DNA of 64,000 nucleotides, taken from the NCBI GenBank assembly GCA_963753435.1, contig CAVWCF010000001.1:1280001-1344000 (forward strand), written 5' to 3'. A program made the translations under genes and the position numbers. Of the stretch, positions 27,937 to 42,727 are shown piece after piece; the stretch's first letter is position 1, and each line of letters starts with the position of its first letter. The notes under the pieces are model-generated. The model worked only from the letters and a program-made list of their open reading frames with translations. It did no database searches and was not told where the DNA came from. Origin of the DNA: an uncultured Actinomycetota bacterium (GTDB lineage Bacteria; Actinomycetota; Actinomycetes; CAVWCF01).

Positions 27937-27947
27937 GAAGGACGGAA

Positions 27948-28310
27948 ATGGCACTCGGCAGGTTGAAGTTCCGGCGGCGACCGCACCCGGCGCGCGGCGC
28001 CCGGATCATCACCGGCGGGATGTCTGCGGCGGCAATGATCGCGCTGTCGGGTGCCATGACCAGCCAAGTGGTGGCGACCGCCACAGCGACACAGCCCGTA
28101 TCAGCGGAACTGGAGCCGGCGCCGACAGCGACTCCGGCCGCGCCGGAGCCGCAACACGTGGTCATTGTGCGCAAGTACGTGTACGCGCCGACGCCCTCAG
28201 CTCCGGCAGCCAAACCGTTGCCACAAGCCGTGACCGCACGGGCGGGCGCTCCTGCGCCCGCCAACCCGGCCCCGCCGGCGGACGCCACCTCGGGCGGTTC
28301 CGGTGGCTGA
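27948..28310 (+). CDS. Small exported Pro/Ala-rich protein, candidate flavinylation substrate
   Basis: Basic N-terminus plus hydrophobic helix; ends DATSGGSGG; directly upstream of apbE. Confidence 0.7.
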   Translation: MALGRLKFRRRPHPARGARIITGGMSAAAMIALSGAMTSQVVATATATQPVSAELEPAPTATPAAPEPQHVVIVRKYVYAPTPSAPAAKPLPQAVTARAGAPAPANPAPPADATSGGSGG

Positions 28311-29249
28311 GACGGCACAGACGTCGGTGGTTCGCGCGACGTTCACGCAGGTCATGGGCGGCAGCGCGTCCGCCGTGGTCGTGGGACCGGACTCCGCAGT
28401 CGGTCCCGCGCCAGCGGAGTTGCTCGCCCGGGCCGAAGCCCGGCTGCGGGAACTGGAAAGCAAGTGGACGCGCTTCGATGCCCGCAGCGAGTTGTCCCAA
28501 CTGGCCAGCGCCAATGGTCTCCCGGTCGCGGTCTCAGCGGACACCCGCGCGCTCGTCGCCGCCATGGCCGACGCCTGGGCCATGACCGGGGGCCTCGTTG
28601 ATGCATCCGTCCTGCCCGCAGTCCTGAGCGCCGGGTACACCAGGAGCGCGCTGGACTCCCAAGTGGCCGCCAGCCAGCCGAAGTGGGCGTGGGTGGGGGC
28701 CGATTGGCGGCAGGTCGTGATCGACGAATCCGCCGGCACGGTGACGCTTCCCCCCGGTTTGGCGCCGGACCCCGGCGGTATCGGTAAGGGACTGGCCGCA
28801 GATCTGGTCGTGGCCGAATTGCTGCAGGCCGGCGCAGCGGGCGCGCTCATCGAGATCGGCGGCGATCTGCGCTGTGGCGGCCAGCCGCCTCGGGTAGACG
28901 GATGGTCAGTGGACGTGGACCACCCGCTGCACGACGGATCGTTGACGAACGTGACCATCCATGAAGGTGCCGTCGCCACCTCAAGCATCATGAAGCGGCG
29001 ATTCGTGAACGGATCCGGCAAGCCGAGCCATCACCTCATCGGCCGCGACGGCCAGCCCGCCAACCACGGTCTCGCTACGTGCACCGTGGTCATCGGCACC
29101 GGCGTGTTGGCCGAGACGCTGGCCAAGGTCCCGATGCTGGCCGGTGAGGAGTCCGGCCTAGCGCTGCTGGAGCAATACGAAGTGCCGGCGCTGGTGGTCC
29201 GGCTGGACGGGACTGTTGCCAAGACAACCGGTTGGGGGCGAGTAGGGCG

Positions 29250-29253
<4 letters not shown>
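28303..29253 (+). CDS. apbE: FAD:protein FMN transferase ApbE
   Basis: MG, SELS, DPGGIGKGLAAD, EIGGDL, VATSS, HHLI. Confidence 0.92.
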
Positions 29254-32109
<2,856 letters not shown>

Positions 32110-32215
32110 CGGTTACTCCAGCCGAACTCTTGGGAAGTGGGAGCGGAGGCGCCATCGTACCGGCGGCCAGGGCGGGTCCCCGAACTCACCGTGGCGGGCG
32201 GATCAGACCCCCAGG

Positions 32216-32779
32216 TCAGGCTTCCGGGCTGAGCAGGGCGTCAGCCTCGGCTGCCTGGGTTTCGATCGCATCCGCGTCCAGTCGCTGGTGCGCCAACACC
32301 GACAGCAGCGACCGGTGGGCGCACAGCGCGTGGTCACCCCAGTTGGACAAGTAGGAGAACTGCCACCACCACAGCGCTTCCAACGGACGGTCGGCCTGGT
32401 AGTGGCGCAGGCCGTGAGCCAGGTCGACGGCGATGTCGGCCACGTCGTCGGACACCCGGCCAATGACCGGCTTGTCCGGGAGGAGCGGATCGACCACGTA
32501 GGCGTACTCGTCAAGACCTTCGAGCAGGGCGGCCAGCCGATCCCGGAGCGGGTCCGCGTCGGGGTCGCGCCCAGCGTCGGCTTCGAACCGCTCCGGCGGG
32601 ATCACATCGTCGATCGCCCCGAGCATGGCGCCCACGCCCAACGCCTGCGCGACGTGAACCAGCAACTCCGCCACCGCCGTCTGCGGTGAGGCGCCGGTGG
32701 ACACCTGCTCGACGCCGGCCAGGAAAGCCCCGGCATGAATCGCCGCATCTGCGGCCAGCGCCTGTAGGTCCTCAGACAT
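32216..32779 (-). CDS. DUF5063 protein
   Basis: [15 protein letters not shown]; conserved after recR. Confidence 0.85.
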   Translation of the reverse strand: MSEDLQALAADAAIHAGAFLAGVEQVSTGASPQTAVAELLVHVAQALGVGAMLGAIDDVIPPERFEADAGRDPDADPLRDRLAALLEGLDEYAYVVDPLLPDKPVIGRVSDDVADIAVDLAHGLRHYQADRPLEALWWWQFSYLSNWGDHALCAHRSLLSVLAHQRLDADAIETQAAEADALLSPEA

Positions 32780-33371
32780 CGAGCAACCGCCTCCCCTCAA
32801 ACGCCCGACCGAGGGTGACCTCATCGGCGTACTCCAGGTCACCGCCTACCGGAAGTCCGGATGCCAACCTCGTCACCTGCATGCCCATGGGCCGCAGCAG
32901 TCGCGCCAGGTAGGTGGCGGTGGCCTCGCCCTCAAGATTCGGGTCGGTCGCCAGGATCACCTCGGTGATGGCGCCGTCGGCCAACCGCTGCATCAGTTCC
33001 TTGATGCGCAAATCGTCCGGCCCGATGCCTTCGATCGGGGAGATCGCCCCGCCCAGCACGTGGTAGCGCCCCCGGAACTCGCGGGTGCGCTCGATGGCGA
33101 CCACGTCCTTGGGTTCCTCCACCACGCAGATCACCGTCGGGTCGCGGCGCTCATCGCGGCACACCCGACAACGCTCCTCCTCGGCGACGTTTCCGCACTC
33201 GGTGCAGAACCGCACGGTGTCCTTGACTTGGACCAGCACCTCCGCCAGGCGCTTCACGTCGTCACCGTCGGCGGCCAACAGGTGGAAGGCGATCCGCTGT
33301 GCCCCCTTCGGCCCGATGCCGGGGAGTCGACCCAATTCGTCGATCAGGTCTTGAACGACGCCTTCGTACAT
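32772..33371 (-). CDS. recR: Recombination mediator RecR
   Basis: LPGIGPK, C4 zinc finger, [14 protein letters not shown]. Confidence 0.97.
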   Translation of the reverse strand: MYEGVVQDLIDELGRLPGIGPKGAQRIAFHLLAADGDDVKRLAEVLVQVKDTVRFCTECGNVAEEERCRVCRDERRDPTVICVVEEPKDVVAIERTREFRGRYHVLGGAISPIEGIGPDDLRIKELMQRLADGAITEVILATDPNLEGEATATYLARLLRPMGMQVTRLASGLPVGGDLEYADEVTLGRAFEGRRLLDV

Positions 33372-33390
33372 GACCGGCCCTCAGCCGCAC

Positions 33391-35205
33391 TCAGTCCGGG
33401 ACCCGGGTGGCGCCCAGCGCCCGCAGCAGGTCCTCGGGGTTGCTTGGCTCGTCGGCGTCGACCGAATCCTCTTCGTCCGCTGCACCACCACCTGCATCGC
33501 TGACGGCGGCAGAGTCATGGGCTGGATCACGAGAACCATCTTGCCCCGCCGGTACCGCAATGACCTGCACATCCAGGTCGGCCACGTCGATGAGTGCCTG
33601 GCGCACGTGTTCGCCGTAGCCGGAGTCGTTGAAACCCTTCACATCGCCGGCTCGCTGCAACTCGACAGACAGGACCCCATCACTGAGGTCGGCTAGGCGG
33701 GACTTCTCGTACAGCAACAGCCAGGCCGTTCGCTTGCGGTGCTTGAGCGCCTCCATGACATCCGCCCAAAGGACGCGGATGCGGTGCAGGGGGGAACTCG
33801 CATCGGCGGCCTCGGCCGACTGCGCCGCAGCAGGTTGGGCCTCGGCGGGTCCCGTTTCGGCGGATTCGGTCCCGGCGGATCCGGTCCCGGCGGATTCGGT
33901 CCCAGTGGGTCCGGACGCAGCGGGCTGCGTCGCCACCGCGGGGGGCGAACTAGCCGCCGCGCGCTTCCTTGGTGCGGGCTTGTCCGCACCCGCAGCCGCA
34001 GCGACGGTGGCGGCAGGCGCGGCCGCCACCGCATTGGGAATCCCGCCGGCCAACAACCGTTCCAACTTTGCCAAGCGGGCGGTCTGGCCCAGATCGGAGT
34101 CGTCGGCCGCCGACAGCATCAGGCGGGCCACCAGGATCTCCAGCAGCAGCCGGGGCGCGGTCGCACCCTTGATCTCGTTGAGAGCAGCTGCGGTCACATC
34201 CGCCGAGTGCGTGAGCTCGGCGAAACTCAACGCCTGCGATTGCCTTGCCAGGACGTCCATCTGGTCGGCCGGGTGGTGCATCAACCCCTGCTCGAGGGCG
34301 TCGGGCACCTGAGCAAGGATCAGCAGGTCCCGCCAACGCTCCAGCAGGTCACCGGCGAATCGGCGCGGATCCACCCCGGAGTCGATGACCCGGTCGACCA
34401 CTGAGAACAGGGCCGCGCCATCGCCTGCGGCGACTGCATCCACGGTGGCGTCCAGCAGCGCTGCTGGGGTGAACCCCAGCAGCGTGACCGCCCGCGCATA
34501 GGTCAGGCCCTCCGGGCCGGCGGCGGCCATCAACTGGTCGAGGACGGACAGGCTGTCGCGCACCGAACCGGCGCCGGCGCGCACCACCAGGGGCAGCACT
34601 CCCTTTTCGGCAGCGACGCCCTCGGACCGGCACAGCGATTCCAGATGTGTCTGCAGCACGCCGGGCGGAACGAGCCGGAAGGGGTAGTGATGCGTTCGGG
34701 AGCGGATGGTGCCGATGATCTTCTCCGGCTCCGTCGTCGCGAAGACGAATTTCAGGTACGGCGGCGGCTCTTCGATGATCTTCAGTAGGGCATTGGCGGC
34801 CCCCGGACCCAACTGATGGGCCTCATCGATGATGTACACGCGATAGCGCGACTGCACCGGCGCGTAGATGGCCCGTTCCCGCAGGTCGCGAGCGTCGTCG
34901 ACCAGGCCGTGCGTGGCGGCGTCCAGTTCGGTCACGTCGATGCTGCCCGGCCCGTTGGGCGCCAAGGCAACGCAGGAGTCGCATTTGCCGCAGGGGTCCG
35001 GTGTGGGTCCCTGTTCGCAGTTCAGCGACCTGGCCAGGATGCGCGCCGATGAGGTCTTGCCACAGCCACGCGGGCCGCTGAACAGGTAAGCGTGGTGGAC
35101 CCGGTCGGCGCGTAGCGCCTGCTGCAACGGCTCGGTGACGTGTTCCTGGCCCACCACCTCGGCGAACGAGGCGGGCCGGTACTTGCGATATAGCGCCAAC
35201 GACAC
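33391..35205 (-). CDS. dnaX: DNA polymerase III gamma/tau
   Basis: LYRKYRP, GPRGCGKTS, IDEAH, IRSR. Confidence 0.96.
   Translation of the reverse strand: MSLALYRKYRPASFAEVVGQEHVTEPLQQALRADRVHHAYLFSGPRGCGKTSSARILARSLNCEQGPTPDPCGKCDSCVALAPNGPGSIDVTELDAATHGLVDDARDLRERAIYAPVQSRYRVYIIDEAHQLGPGAANALLKIIEEPPPYLKFVFATTEPEKIIGTIRSRTHHYPFRLVPPGVLQTHLESLCRSEGVAAEKGVLPLVVRAGAGSVRDSLSVLDQLMAAAGPEGLTYARAVTLLGFTPAALLDATVDAVAAGDGAALFSVVDRVIDSGVDPRRFAGDLLERWRDLLILAQVPDALEQGLMHHPADQMDVLARQSQALSFAELTHSADVTAAALNEIKGATAPRLLLEILVARLMLSAADDSDLGQTARLAKLERLLAGGIPNAVAAAPAATVAAAAGADKPAPRKRAAASSPPAVATQPAASGPTGTESAGTGSAGTESAETGPAEAQPAAAQSAEAADASSPLHRIRVLWADVMEALKHRKRTAWLLLYEKSRLADLSDGVLSVELQRAGDVKGFNDSGYGEHVRQALIDVADLDVQVIAVPAGQDGSRDPAHDSAAVSDAGGGAADEEDSVDADEPSNPEDLLRALGATRVPD
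33859..33903 (-). repeat. 15-bp tandem repeat x3 in the dnaX linker
   Basis: ggcggat(t/c)cggtccc x3, encoding GT(E/G)SA. Confidence 0.9.
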
Positions 35206-35238
35206 CTGAGTCACCCTAGACGTCGGTGCGGACATGAA

Positions 35239-35330
35239 GGGACCCCCCGCGCACCCGGCAGAGCCCACTGACCCTTGCTGCCTTCCGGCCCTGGGGGATT
35301 GGGCGGGGTGCCGCCGCACGGGGGGTCGGT
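35239..35330 (-). ncRNA. ffs: Signal recognition particle 4.5S RNA
   Basis: Long hairpin with CAGGGCCGGAAGGCAGCA core; upstream of dnaX. Confidence 0.95.
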
Positions 35331-35399
35331 GTCGCACTCTACGCCCGGCCGGGCCACGGCGATTTCGGGAGCGACCCGGCCGCCGGTACCCTCCGGCGC

Positions 35400-35487
35400 G
35401 GAGGATTCGCATAGTGGCCTAGTGCGCACGCTTGGAAAGCGTGTTGGGGGCAACCCCTCGCGGGTTCGAATCCCGCATCCTCCGCCA
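35400..35487 (+). tRNA. tRNA-Ser(GGA)
   Basis: GGAGGAT...ATCCTCC-GCCA, loop TTGGAAA, long variable arm. Confidence 0.96.
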
Positions 35488-35566
35488 TCTCACCTGCGGC
35501 GGGTCTGCTTGGTGCAGCGCCCCGCATCGGATGAACTGTGGTGGCCGCCGACGAGGAGACACCCAC

Positions 35567-36100
35567 GTGAGTTCGCTGCAACCAACCAGCACCGGCCGAT
35601 CCGGGTTCGGCTGGCCGGTGCTGGCAATAGCTGTGGTGCTGGCCCTGGCCGCCGGGGCGATCTTCGGCTGGTGGCTGTCCGGACGCGACATCGGCGGCTC
35701 GGCCGAACCGGTGCCGACTGCGACCCCGTGCCCAACACCGAGCCCGCTGCCGGCGCCGGCGACGGTCACGGTGAACGTCTACAACGCCACCGCCAAGGGC
35801 GGCCTGGCCAAGAGCGCGTCCGAACAACTGGCCGAACGCGGCTTCGCAATCGGCGACGTCGACAACGACCCGCTCGACGCCGCGGTCACCGGGGTGGCCG
35901 TGGTCCGGCACGGCCCCGACGGCGAGCGCTCAGCGGCACTGGTTGCGGCCAACGTCGCCGGCAGCGCCACGCTGCAAGCGGATACCCGCACTGACGCCAC
36001 CGTTGATCTGGTGCTCGGTGACCAGTTCACCGCGCTGGCAACCCCCGCGGATACCCAGACGGCTGTCGATGCCGCCAACGCGGCACCGGATACGTGCTGA
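35567..36100 (+). CDS. LytR C-terminal domain membrane-anchored protein
   Basis: One TM; VNVYNAT...GLA, GF....VDND, VDLVLGDQF; GAGGAG RBS. Confidence 0.85.
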   Translation: MSSLQPTSTGRSGFGWPVLAIAVVLALAAGAIFGWWLSGRDIGGSAEPVPTATPCPTPSPLPAPATVTVNVYNATAKGGLAKSASEQLAERGFAIGDVDNDPLDAAVTGVAVVRHGPDGERSAALVAANVAGSATLQADTRTDATVDLVLGDQFTALATPADTQTAVDAANAAPDTC

Positions 36101-36103
36101 AGG

Positions 36104-36685
36104 TTGTCCCGAGCCGGCCGAATCGCCCTCTGGTCGATCGCAGCACTTGCGGTGGCCGTGCTGGCTTTCGGGCTGTGGGTCCTTGCCGTATTCAACGGTG
36201 GTCTTGACGACGTCTTGGACTTCTCCAAGCCGTCTGAAACCGATGAAGCAGTGCAAGAAGCCAGGGCGGAAGCGGCAAGCCAGGCAGTGGCCCAGGCTGA
36301 ATCGGTGGCGACGCTCGCAGTGACGGCCTTCGGCGGCGAAACCGCGGCCGCGGCGGCGGGGCCGATCCAGGAATGCGAGGTAGGCGAGAACTCCTACCTC
36401 CGGGACGACCCGTACGACCTGCTCTGCTTCGACGACGCGGCAGTCGCCATCGGCAACGCCACCGTCACCGCGGCCAGCGCCGCCCGATTCGATGCTGCGC
36501 TCGAGGACGACGGCTGGAGCCCCGGTCTGTCGCTGTCCCGCGTCGCGGTCGACTACCCCGACCGGGACGACCCGCCGGCGGCGGACTACTACCGCTCCGC
36601 CGAGCGCCTGACGGTCGATCCCGTCGTGTTCGGCGCACCCGCCGATCTGCTGGTAACGGTCACCGTCGAGACCGCCGTCGACTGA
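36104..36685 (+). CDS. Hypothetical membrane-anchored acidic protein
   Basis: N-terminal TM, Cys pair, GC3-biased codons; no family recognised. Confidence 0.65.
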   Translation: MSRAGRIALWSIAALAVAVLAFGLWVLAVFNGGLDDVLDFSKPSETDEAVQEARAEAASQAVAQAESVATLAVTAFGGETAAAAAGPIQECEVGENSYLRDDPYDLLCFDDAAVAIGNATVTAASAARFDAALEDDGWSPGLSLSRVAVDYPDRDDPPAADYYRSAERLTVDPVVFGAPADLLVTVTVETAVD

Positions 36686-36737
36686 GCGACTCAGCGACTC
36701 AGCGCCGACGGCAGAGAGTCGACCATGGTCCGAAACG

Positions 36738-36778
36738 ACGGACGACCGGCCCCGTGATCGGAGTCCGGTCGTCCGTCG
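36738..36778. terminator. Hairpin between convergent CDS and tRNA-Ser
   Basis: CGACGGACGACCGG...CCGGTCGTCCGTCG inverted repeat. Confidence 0.6.
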
Positions 36779-36799
36779 ATGCCGGCGGGCATCGCAGCG

Positions 36800-36886
36800 C
36801 GGTGGCGGTGGGATTTGAACCCACGGAGGGCGTGAACCCTCACACGCTTTCGAGGCGTGCTCCTTAGGCCGCTCGGACACGCCACC
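36800..36886 (-). tRNA. tRNA-Ser(CGA)
   Basis: GGTGGCG...CGCCACC-G, loop CTCGAAA, long variable arm, GGTTCAAATCCC. Confidence 0.96.
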
Positions 36887-36930
36887 GCCGCGAAGGGTAC
36901 CCGAGCAATCTGCACGGTTTTCCGAGCCGA

Positions 36931-37398
36931 TCAGAGCCCGGCAGACCGCTGCGAGGCGAAGAAGTCGCGCAACAATTCGGAGCATTCCTCCGCACGAATG
37001 CCGCTGACGACCTCGGGCCGGTGATTCAACCTGCGATCCCGGACCACGTCCCACAACGTGCCGACCGCACCCATGTCTTCGTTCCAGCTGCCGAACACCA
37101 GCCGGGTCACCCGGGACAGCACCGCTGCACCTGCACACATGGTGCACGGCTCCAGGGTGACCACCAGCGTGCAACCGTCCAGTCGCCAGGTCCCCCGGAC
37201 AGCAGCGGCTGCGCGCAGAGCGAGCACTTCGGCGTGAGCCGTGGGGTCCTGGTCGGCCTCGCGGCGGTTGCGCCCGGTGGCGATGACCGCGCCGGCTTCG
37301 TCGACCACGACGGCACCGATAGGAACGTCAGCGGTGACAAGCGCCGCGCGAGCTTCAGCAAGCGCCGGGCCCATCCACTCGTCGTACTGCGCCCGCAC
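36931..37398 (-). CDS. tadA: tRNA adenosine(34) deaminase
   Basis: DVPIGAVV, PTAHAE, TLEPCTMCAGA. Confidence 0.93.
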   Translation of the reverse strand: MRAQYDEWMGPALAEARAALVTADVPIGAVVVDEAGAVIATGRNRREADQDPTAHAEVLALRAAAAVRGTWRLDGCTLVVTLEPCTMCAGAAVLSRVTRLVFGSWNEDMGAVGTLWDVVRDRRLNHRPEVVSGIRAEECSELLRDFFASQRSAGL

Positions 37399-37399
37399 G

Positions 37400-37885
37400 T
37401 CAGTCGTCCTCGACGATCCGCTCCCATTCGGCGCTGAAGCCGAGACGCTGGGCAACCTGCTCTGCCAGTTCGTCGTTGAAGAGGTCCAAGTCCTCGCAGA
37501 TTGAAGCGAACTCGTCGGCAGCGAAGCCCACGTCGGCGAGCAGTTGCAGGTCGCCGACCGGCTGCACGCGCTCCAGGTCGTCATCGTCCGGTTCGGGAAG
37601 TGACAACCGGTCCAGAACATCCATCGCCAGCGGCCATTCCGTTGTCGCCGCGACGTCGTTGAGCATGAGTCGGGAGTGGTTGGCTTCCCGGCGCGCAATC
37701 AGGAGGTACTCATCAAGCACGCCGAGCAAACCGATGGCCACCCCGTCGACGGCCCAGGCCTGCAGCATCTCCTCAAGGCCTTCCAACGACGACCAGGCCC
37801 GCGGCGTGAGTTTCTCCAGGCGCCATCCGCCGTCCTCGCGGACGGCCACGACGGCGAAGTCGGGATCCACTACGTCGGCAACCAC
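37400..37885 (-). CDS. tRNA adenosine deaminase-associated protein
   Basis: [25 protein letters not shown]; acidic; lies between upp and tadA. Confidence 0.85.
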   Translation of the reverse strand: MVADVVDPDFAVVAVREDGGWRLEKLTPRAWSSLEGLEEMLQAWAVDGVAIGLLGVLDEYLLIARREANHSRLMLNDVAATTEWPLAMDVLDRLSLPEPDDDDLERVQPVGDLQLLADVGFAADEFASICEDLDLFNDELAEQVAQRLGFSAEWERIVEDD

Positions 37886-37962
37886 GGTTGCATCGTGACA
37901 GAGCGACGGTCGGACGGTCAGCCGTTCCCCGCATCCGCACCGGGCCGCTACTCTCAATGGCC

Positions 37963-38601
37963 ATGCGCACACTGGTCGTCGACCACCCGCTGGTAGCTCA
38001 CAAGCTGACGACGCTGCGTGATTCGGCCACGGACAGCCCCACGTTTCGCCGGCTGGTGGACGAGCTGGTCACCCTGCTTGCCTACGAGGCCACGCGTGAC
38101 GTCCGCACGGCACCGGTACGAGTCGAGACACCGGTGGCACCGGCCGACGGGGTTCGGCTGGCTGCACCGAAACCGCTGGTCGTCCCGGTGTTGCGTGCCG
38201 GCCTTGGGATGCTGGACGGGATGACCCGGCTGATGCCCACCGCCGAGGTCGGATTCCTCGGCATGATCCGTGACGAGGAGACTCTGGAAGCGACCACGTA
38301 CGCGACCCGGTTGCCCGCGGATCTGTCCAGCCGGCAGTGCTACGTCCTGGACCCGATGCTGGCCACTGGGGGCACCCTCGCCGCCGCCATCCGCTACCTC
38401 ATCGAACGCGGCGCCGCCGACGTGACGGCCATTTGCCTGCTGGTCGCACCGGAGGGCATCGAAGCCTTGGAGCGGCAACTGTCACGGCTGGACGTGCCGA
38501 TCACGGTGGTGACCGCGGCGGTGGACGAACGCCTCAACGACAAGGGCTACATCGTCCCCGGGTTGGGCGACGCCGGGGACCGGCTGTACGGCGTGGTCTA
38601 G
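37963..38601 (+). CDS. upp: Uracil phosphoribosyltransferase
   Basis: [31 protein letters not shown]. Confidence 0.97.
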   Translation: MRTLVVDHPLVAHKLTTLRDSATDSPTFRRLVDELVTLLAYEATRDVRTAPVRVETPVAPADGVRLAAPKPLVVPVLRAGLGMLDGMTRLMPTAEVGFLGMIRDEETLEATTYATRLPADLSSRQCYVLDPMLATGGTLAAAIRYLIERGAADVTAICLLVAPEGIEALERQLSRLDVPITVVTAAVDERLNDKGYIVPGLGDAGDRLYGVV

Positions 38602-38615
38602 AGCTCCCGTTCGGC

Positions 38616-39982
<1,367 letters not shown>

Positions 39983-39986
<4 letters not shown>

Positions 39987-40291
39987 CGATTCGCTCCGCT
40001 CGCATCTTCGCGTCGACGCGGCCGGAACAACTGCAGCATCCGCTCGGTGACGACGAATCCGCCGACCAGGTTGATGGTGGCCAGAACGACCGCCACCAAC
40101 GCCACCACGAGAACCCCGGTGGTGTCCGTCGTACCGGCGACCAGGATCGCGCCGACCAGGATCACACCGTGGATGGCGTTGGCGCCGGACATCAGCGGCG
40201 TATGCAGGGTTGAGGACACCTTGGAGATGACCTCGTAGCCGGTGAAGGCGCTGAGCACCAGGATGGTGATCAACGCCAGATCGGTGCTCAC
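39983..40291 (-). CDS. pntA: NAD(P) transhydrogenase alpha subunit part 2 (membrane)
   Basis: LHTPLMSGANAIHG, NLVGGF.VTERML. Confidence 0.93.
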
Positions 40292-41400
40292 AACAGCTCC
40301 TCCAAATCCGCGTGCCGCACCCGACCTGCGTGCGTGACCGAGACGGAGTCGACGATCTCGTCTTCGAAGTCCAGTTCCAGGCTGCCCTCGCGCACCAGCA
40401 ACAACAGCAAGTCCGCGACGTTTCGCGCGTAGAGCCGGGATGCATGGTCGGGCATCTGGGCGGGCACGTTGCGCCCGCCCCAGACCCGGGCCGGGCCGAT
40501 GGTCACGGTCTCACCGGCGACGCTGCCTTCGACGTTGCCGCCGGAGTCGGCGGCGAGATCGACGACCACCGCACCGGGTGGCATCAGTTCCAGCATCGCC
40601 CTGGTGACCAGCAGTGGCGCCGGCCGATTCGGCACCGCCGCCGTGGTGATCACCACGTCCGATGCGGCCACGTGCGGGGCCAGCGCCTGCTGCTGTGCGG
40701 CGGCGCGGTCCGCGGTCATCTCGCGCGCGTACCCGCCCGTGCCGGCGAGGCTGTCCAGACCCAGGTCCAGGAACGTCGCGCCCATGCTGCGCACCTCCTC
40801 GGCACTGGATGGGCGCACGTCGTAGGCGCGAACTCGGGACCCCAGCCGCTTGGCGGTGGCGATGGCCTGCAGCCCGGCGACCCCGGCGCCCAGAACCAGC
40901 ACACGCGCCGCCTGCATGGTCCCGGCCGCGGTCATCAGCAGCGGGAAGAACCTCGGCGACATCTCCGCGGCCACCAGTCCGGCGCGGTATCCGGCCACCA
41001 GGGCCTGGGAGGTGAGCGCATCCATGGACTGAGCGCGAGAGATTCGCGGCAACCGCTCCATCGCCATCAACGTGACCTGGGCCTCGCGGGCCGCGACCAC
41101 GGCGTCTACCGACCCGGGCAGGGGCAGGAAGGAGATCGCCACCGCGCCGGGCCGGAGCCGGGCGTAGTCCGCAGCCGCAAGCGGCCCAACCGACAGGACC
41201 GCATCGGCTTGCGTCAAGGCATCGGCATCAAGGTCCGCGCCGGCGGCCCGAAGCGACTCGTCGTCCTGGTAGGCGCCGACACCAGCACCCGGTTCGATAC
41301 AGACGGACAAGCCGGCCTCGGTAAGGCGGGCGACAGTGTCGGCCGTGGCCGCCACGCGTGGCTCCCCCGGCTGCGCTTCCCTCGGCACGGCCACTTTCAC
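40288..41400 (-). CDS. pntA: NAD(P) transhydrogenase alpha subunit part 1
   Basis: PRISRAQSMDAL, GAGVAGLQA, GGYA, VDLAA. Confidence 0.95.
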   Translation of the reverse strand: MKVAVPREAQPGEPRVAATADTVARLTEAGLSVCIEPGAGVGAYQDDESLRAAGADLDADALTQADAVLSVGPLAAADYARLRPGAVAISFLPLPGSVDAVVAAREAQVTLMAMERLPRISRAQSMDALTSQALVAGYRAGLVAAEMSPRFFPLLMTAAGTMQAARVLVLGAGVAGLQAIATAKRLGSRVRAYDVRPSSAEEVRSMGATFLDLGLDSLAGTGGYAREMTADRAAAQQQALAPHVAASDVVITTAAVPNRPAPLLVTRAMLELMPPGAVVVDLAADSGGNVEGSVAGETVTIGPARVWGGRNVPAQMPDHASRLYARNVADLLLLLVREGSLELDFEDEIVDSVSVTHAGRVRHADLEELL

Positions 41401-41497
41401 AGGTGGGACGCTAACGGGGCCCGCGCGTGGGACGGCACACGGCCACGCGCGGCGGGCTACCGTGGCCGCGATGAGCGCGCAACCAAGGAGGCGGGTC

Positions 41498-41932
41498 GTG
41501 GAACTCAGCCAGACCGCGCCGATCCCGGCGACCTTGATCTGGCGGCGAATCCCCGTCGTCGGGATCCTGGCGCTCGGCGCCAACCTGCTCCTGCTGGTTG
41601 CAGCCCAGGCGCTGGGTGCCGAGATCAGGCTGCCCACCGAAGCGGGCGCACCAGACGCCGCCAACCTGACCGACGACCAACTGTGGCTGCCCGTGACGAT
41701 CATCACCCTGGGGGCGATCATCGCCGCCGGGCTGCTGTTCAGCCTGCTCCTGCGGTTCGGGCCCTCCGGGGTCATGTGGTTCAACGTCAGCATCACCGTG
41801 CTGGCGCTGCTGTCGCTGGTCGCACCCCTCACCCTGCCGATCGGTTGGCTGGGGCGTTTGGCGCTGGCCGCCATGCACATCGTGGTCTGGGCCGGGCTCT
41901 TCTTCGGGCTCGGCCGCGCCGTGCTGCGCTGA
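41498..41932 (+). CDS. Four-TM membrane protein (DUF6069-like)
   Basis: AAGGAGG RBS before GTG; LLSLVAP...LAAMHIV. Confidence 0.65.
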   Translation: MELSQTAPIPATLIWRRIPVVGILALGANLLLLVAAQALGAEIRLPTEAGAPDAANLTDDQLWLPVTIITLGAIIAAGLLFSLLLRFGPSGVMWFNVSITVLALLSLVAPLTLPIGWLGRLALAAMHIVVWAGLFFGLGRAVLR

Positions 41933-41938
41933 GCCGCG

Positions 41939-42727
41939 TCAGGCGCGCAACTGCCGCCGGTTGAAACCCCACACACCGATGAGCAGCAGCACCAGGGTTG
42001 CGGCTGCCAGCACTGCGATCCCCGTCCAGTCAAAGCCGTTGGCCAACGGGTCCTCGCCGAAGTACCAGCGCCAGGGGCTCAGTGGGCGCAACGGCTCCAA
42101 CCAGTCGATCGCCTTGCCCAGGCCGTCGACCAGGTAGCCCAGGAAGGCGACTGCCGAAGCACCGGCGATCCCAGCCGCCCTGGACCCAAGCACCGCGCCG
42201 ATGGTCTGGGCGCCGACCGCGAACAGGAACAGGAAGAACAGCATCTGCACGTGAATCGCCAGTTGGTCAGAGAACGGCAGGTCATAACCGACTGCGCTGT
42301 TGAGCAGCAATAGCGGGACCCAGGACACCAAGACCAGTCCGACGATCACGACCGCAACAGCCACCGCCTTCTGCACGAACAGTGAAGCCCGGGTGAGTGG
42401 CTGGGAAAGCAGCAGATCCAGCGTGTGGGCCTCCTCCTCCCCGGCGACGGTCGCGGCGCCGCGGCCGATTGCCAGCACCAGCAGAACTGCCGGAAGGAAG
42501 AAGGCGAACCACTGGCTGTTCAAGTAGCCAACCGGCGAGGTGATGTCGCTGGCGCCGAGGAGGGCCTGCAACTCCGGCGGCAGCGATTCGTAGTAGTCGT
42601 CCAGTCCGGGTTGGTCGGCCAGGGACGGGTAGAGCCCGTGAATCATCAACGCCAGCAGTATCAGCGCGATGGCCCACACCACGTTCGACCGCCAGCGCAG
42701 CCGCAGGTCCTGCCACGCCAGCGTCAT
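41939..42727 (-). CDS. ABC-2 type exporter permease
   Basis: GEEE..TLDLLLSQPLTR, LSPWRW; multiple TMs. Confidence 0.9.
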   Translation of the reverse strand: MTLAWQDLRLRWRSNVVWAIALILLALMIHGLYPSLADQPGLDDYYESLPPELQALLGASDITSPVGYLNSQWFAFFLPAVLLVLAIGRGAATVAGEEEAHTLDLLLSQPLTRASLFVQKAVAVAVVIVGLVLVSWVPLLLLNSAVGYDLPFSDQLAIHVQMLFFLFLFAVGAQTIGAVLGSRAAGIAGASAVAFLGYLVDGLGKAIDWLEPLRPLSPWRWYFGEDPLANGFDWTGIAVLAAATLVLLLIGVWGFNRRQLRA

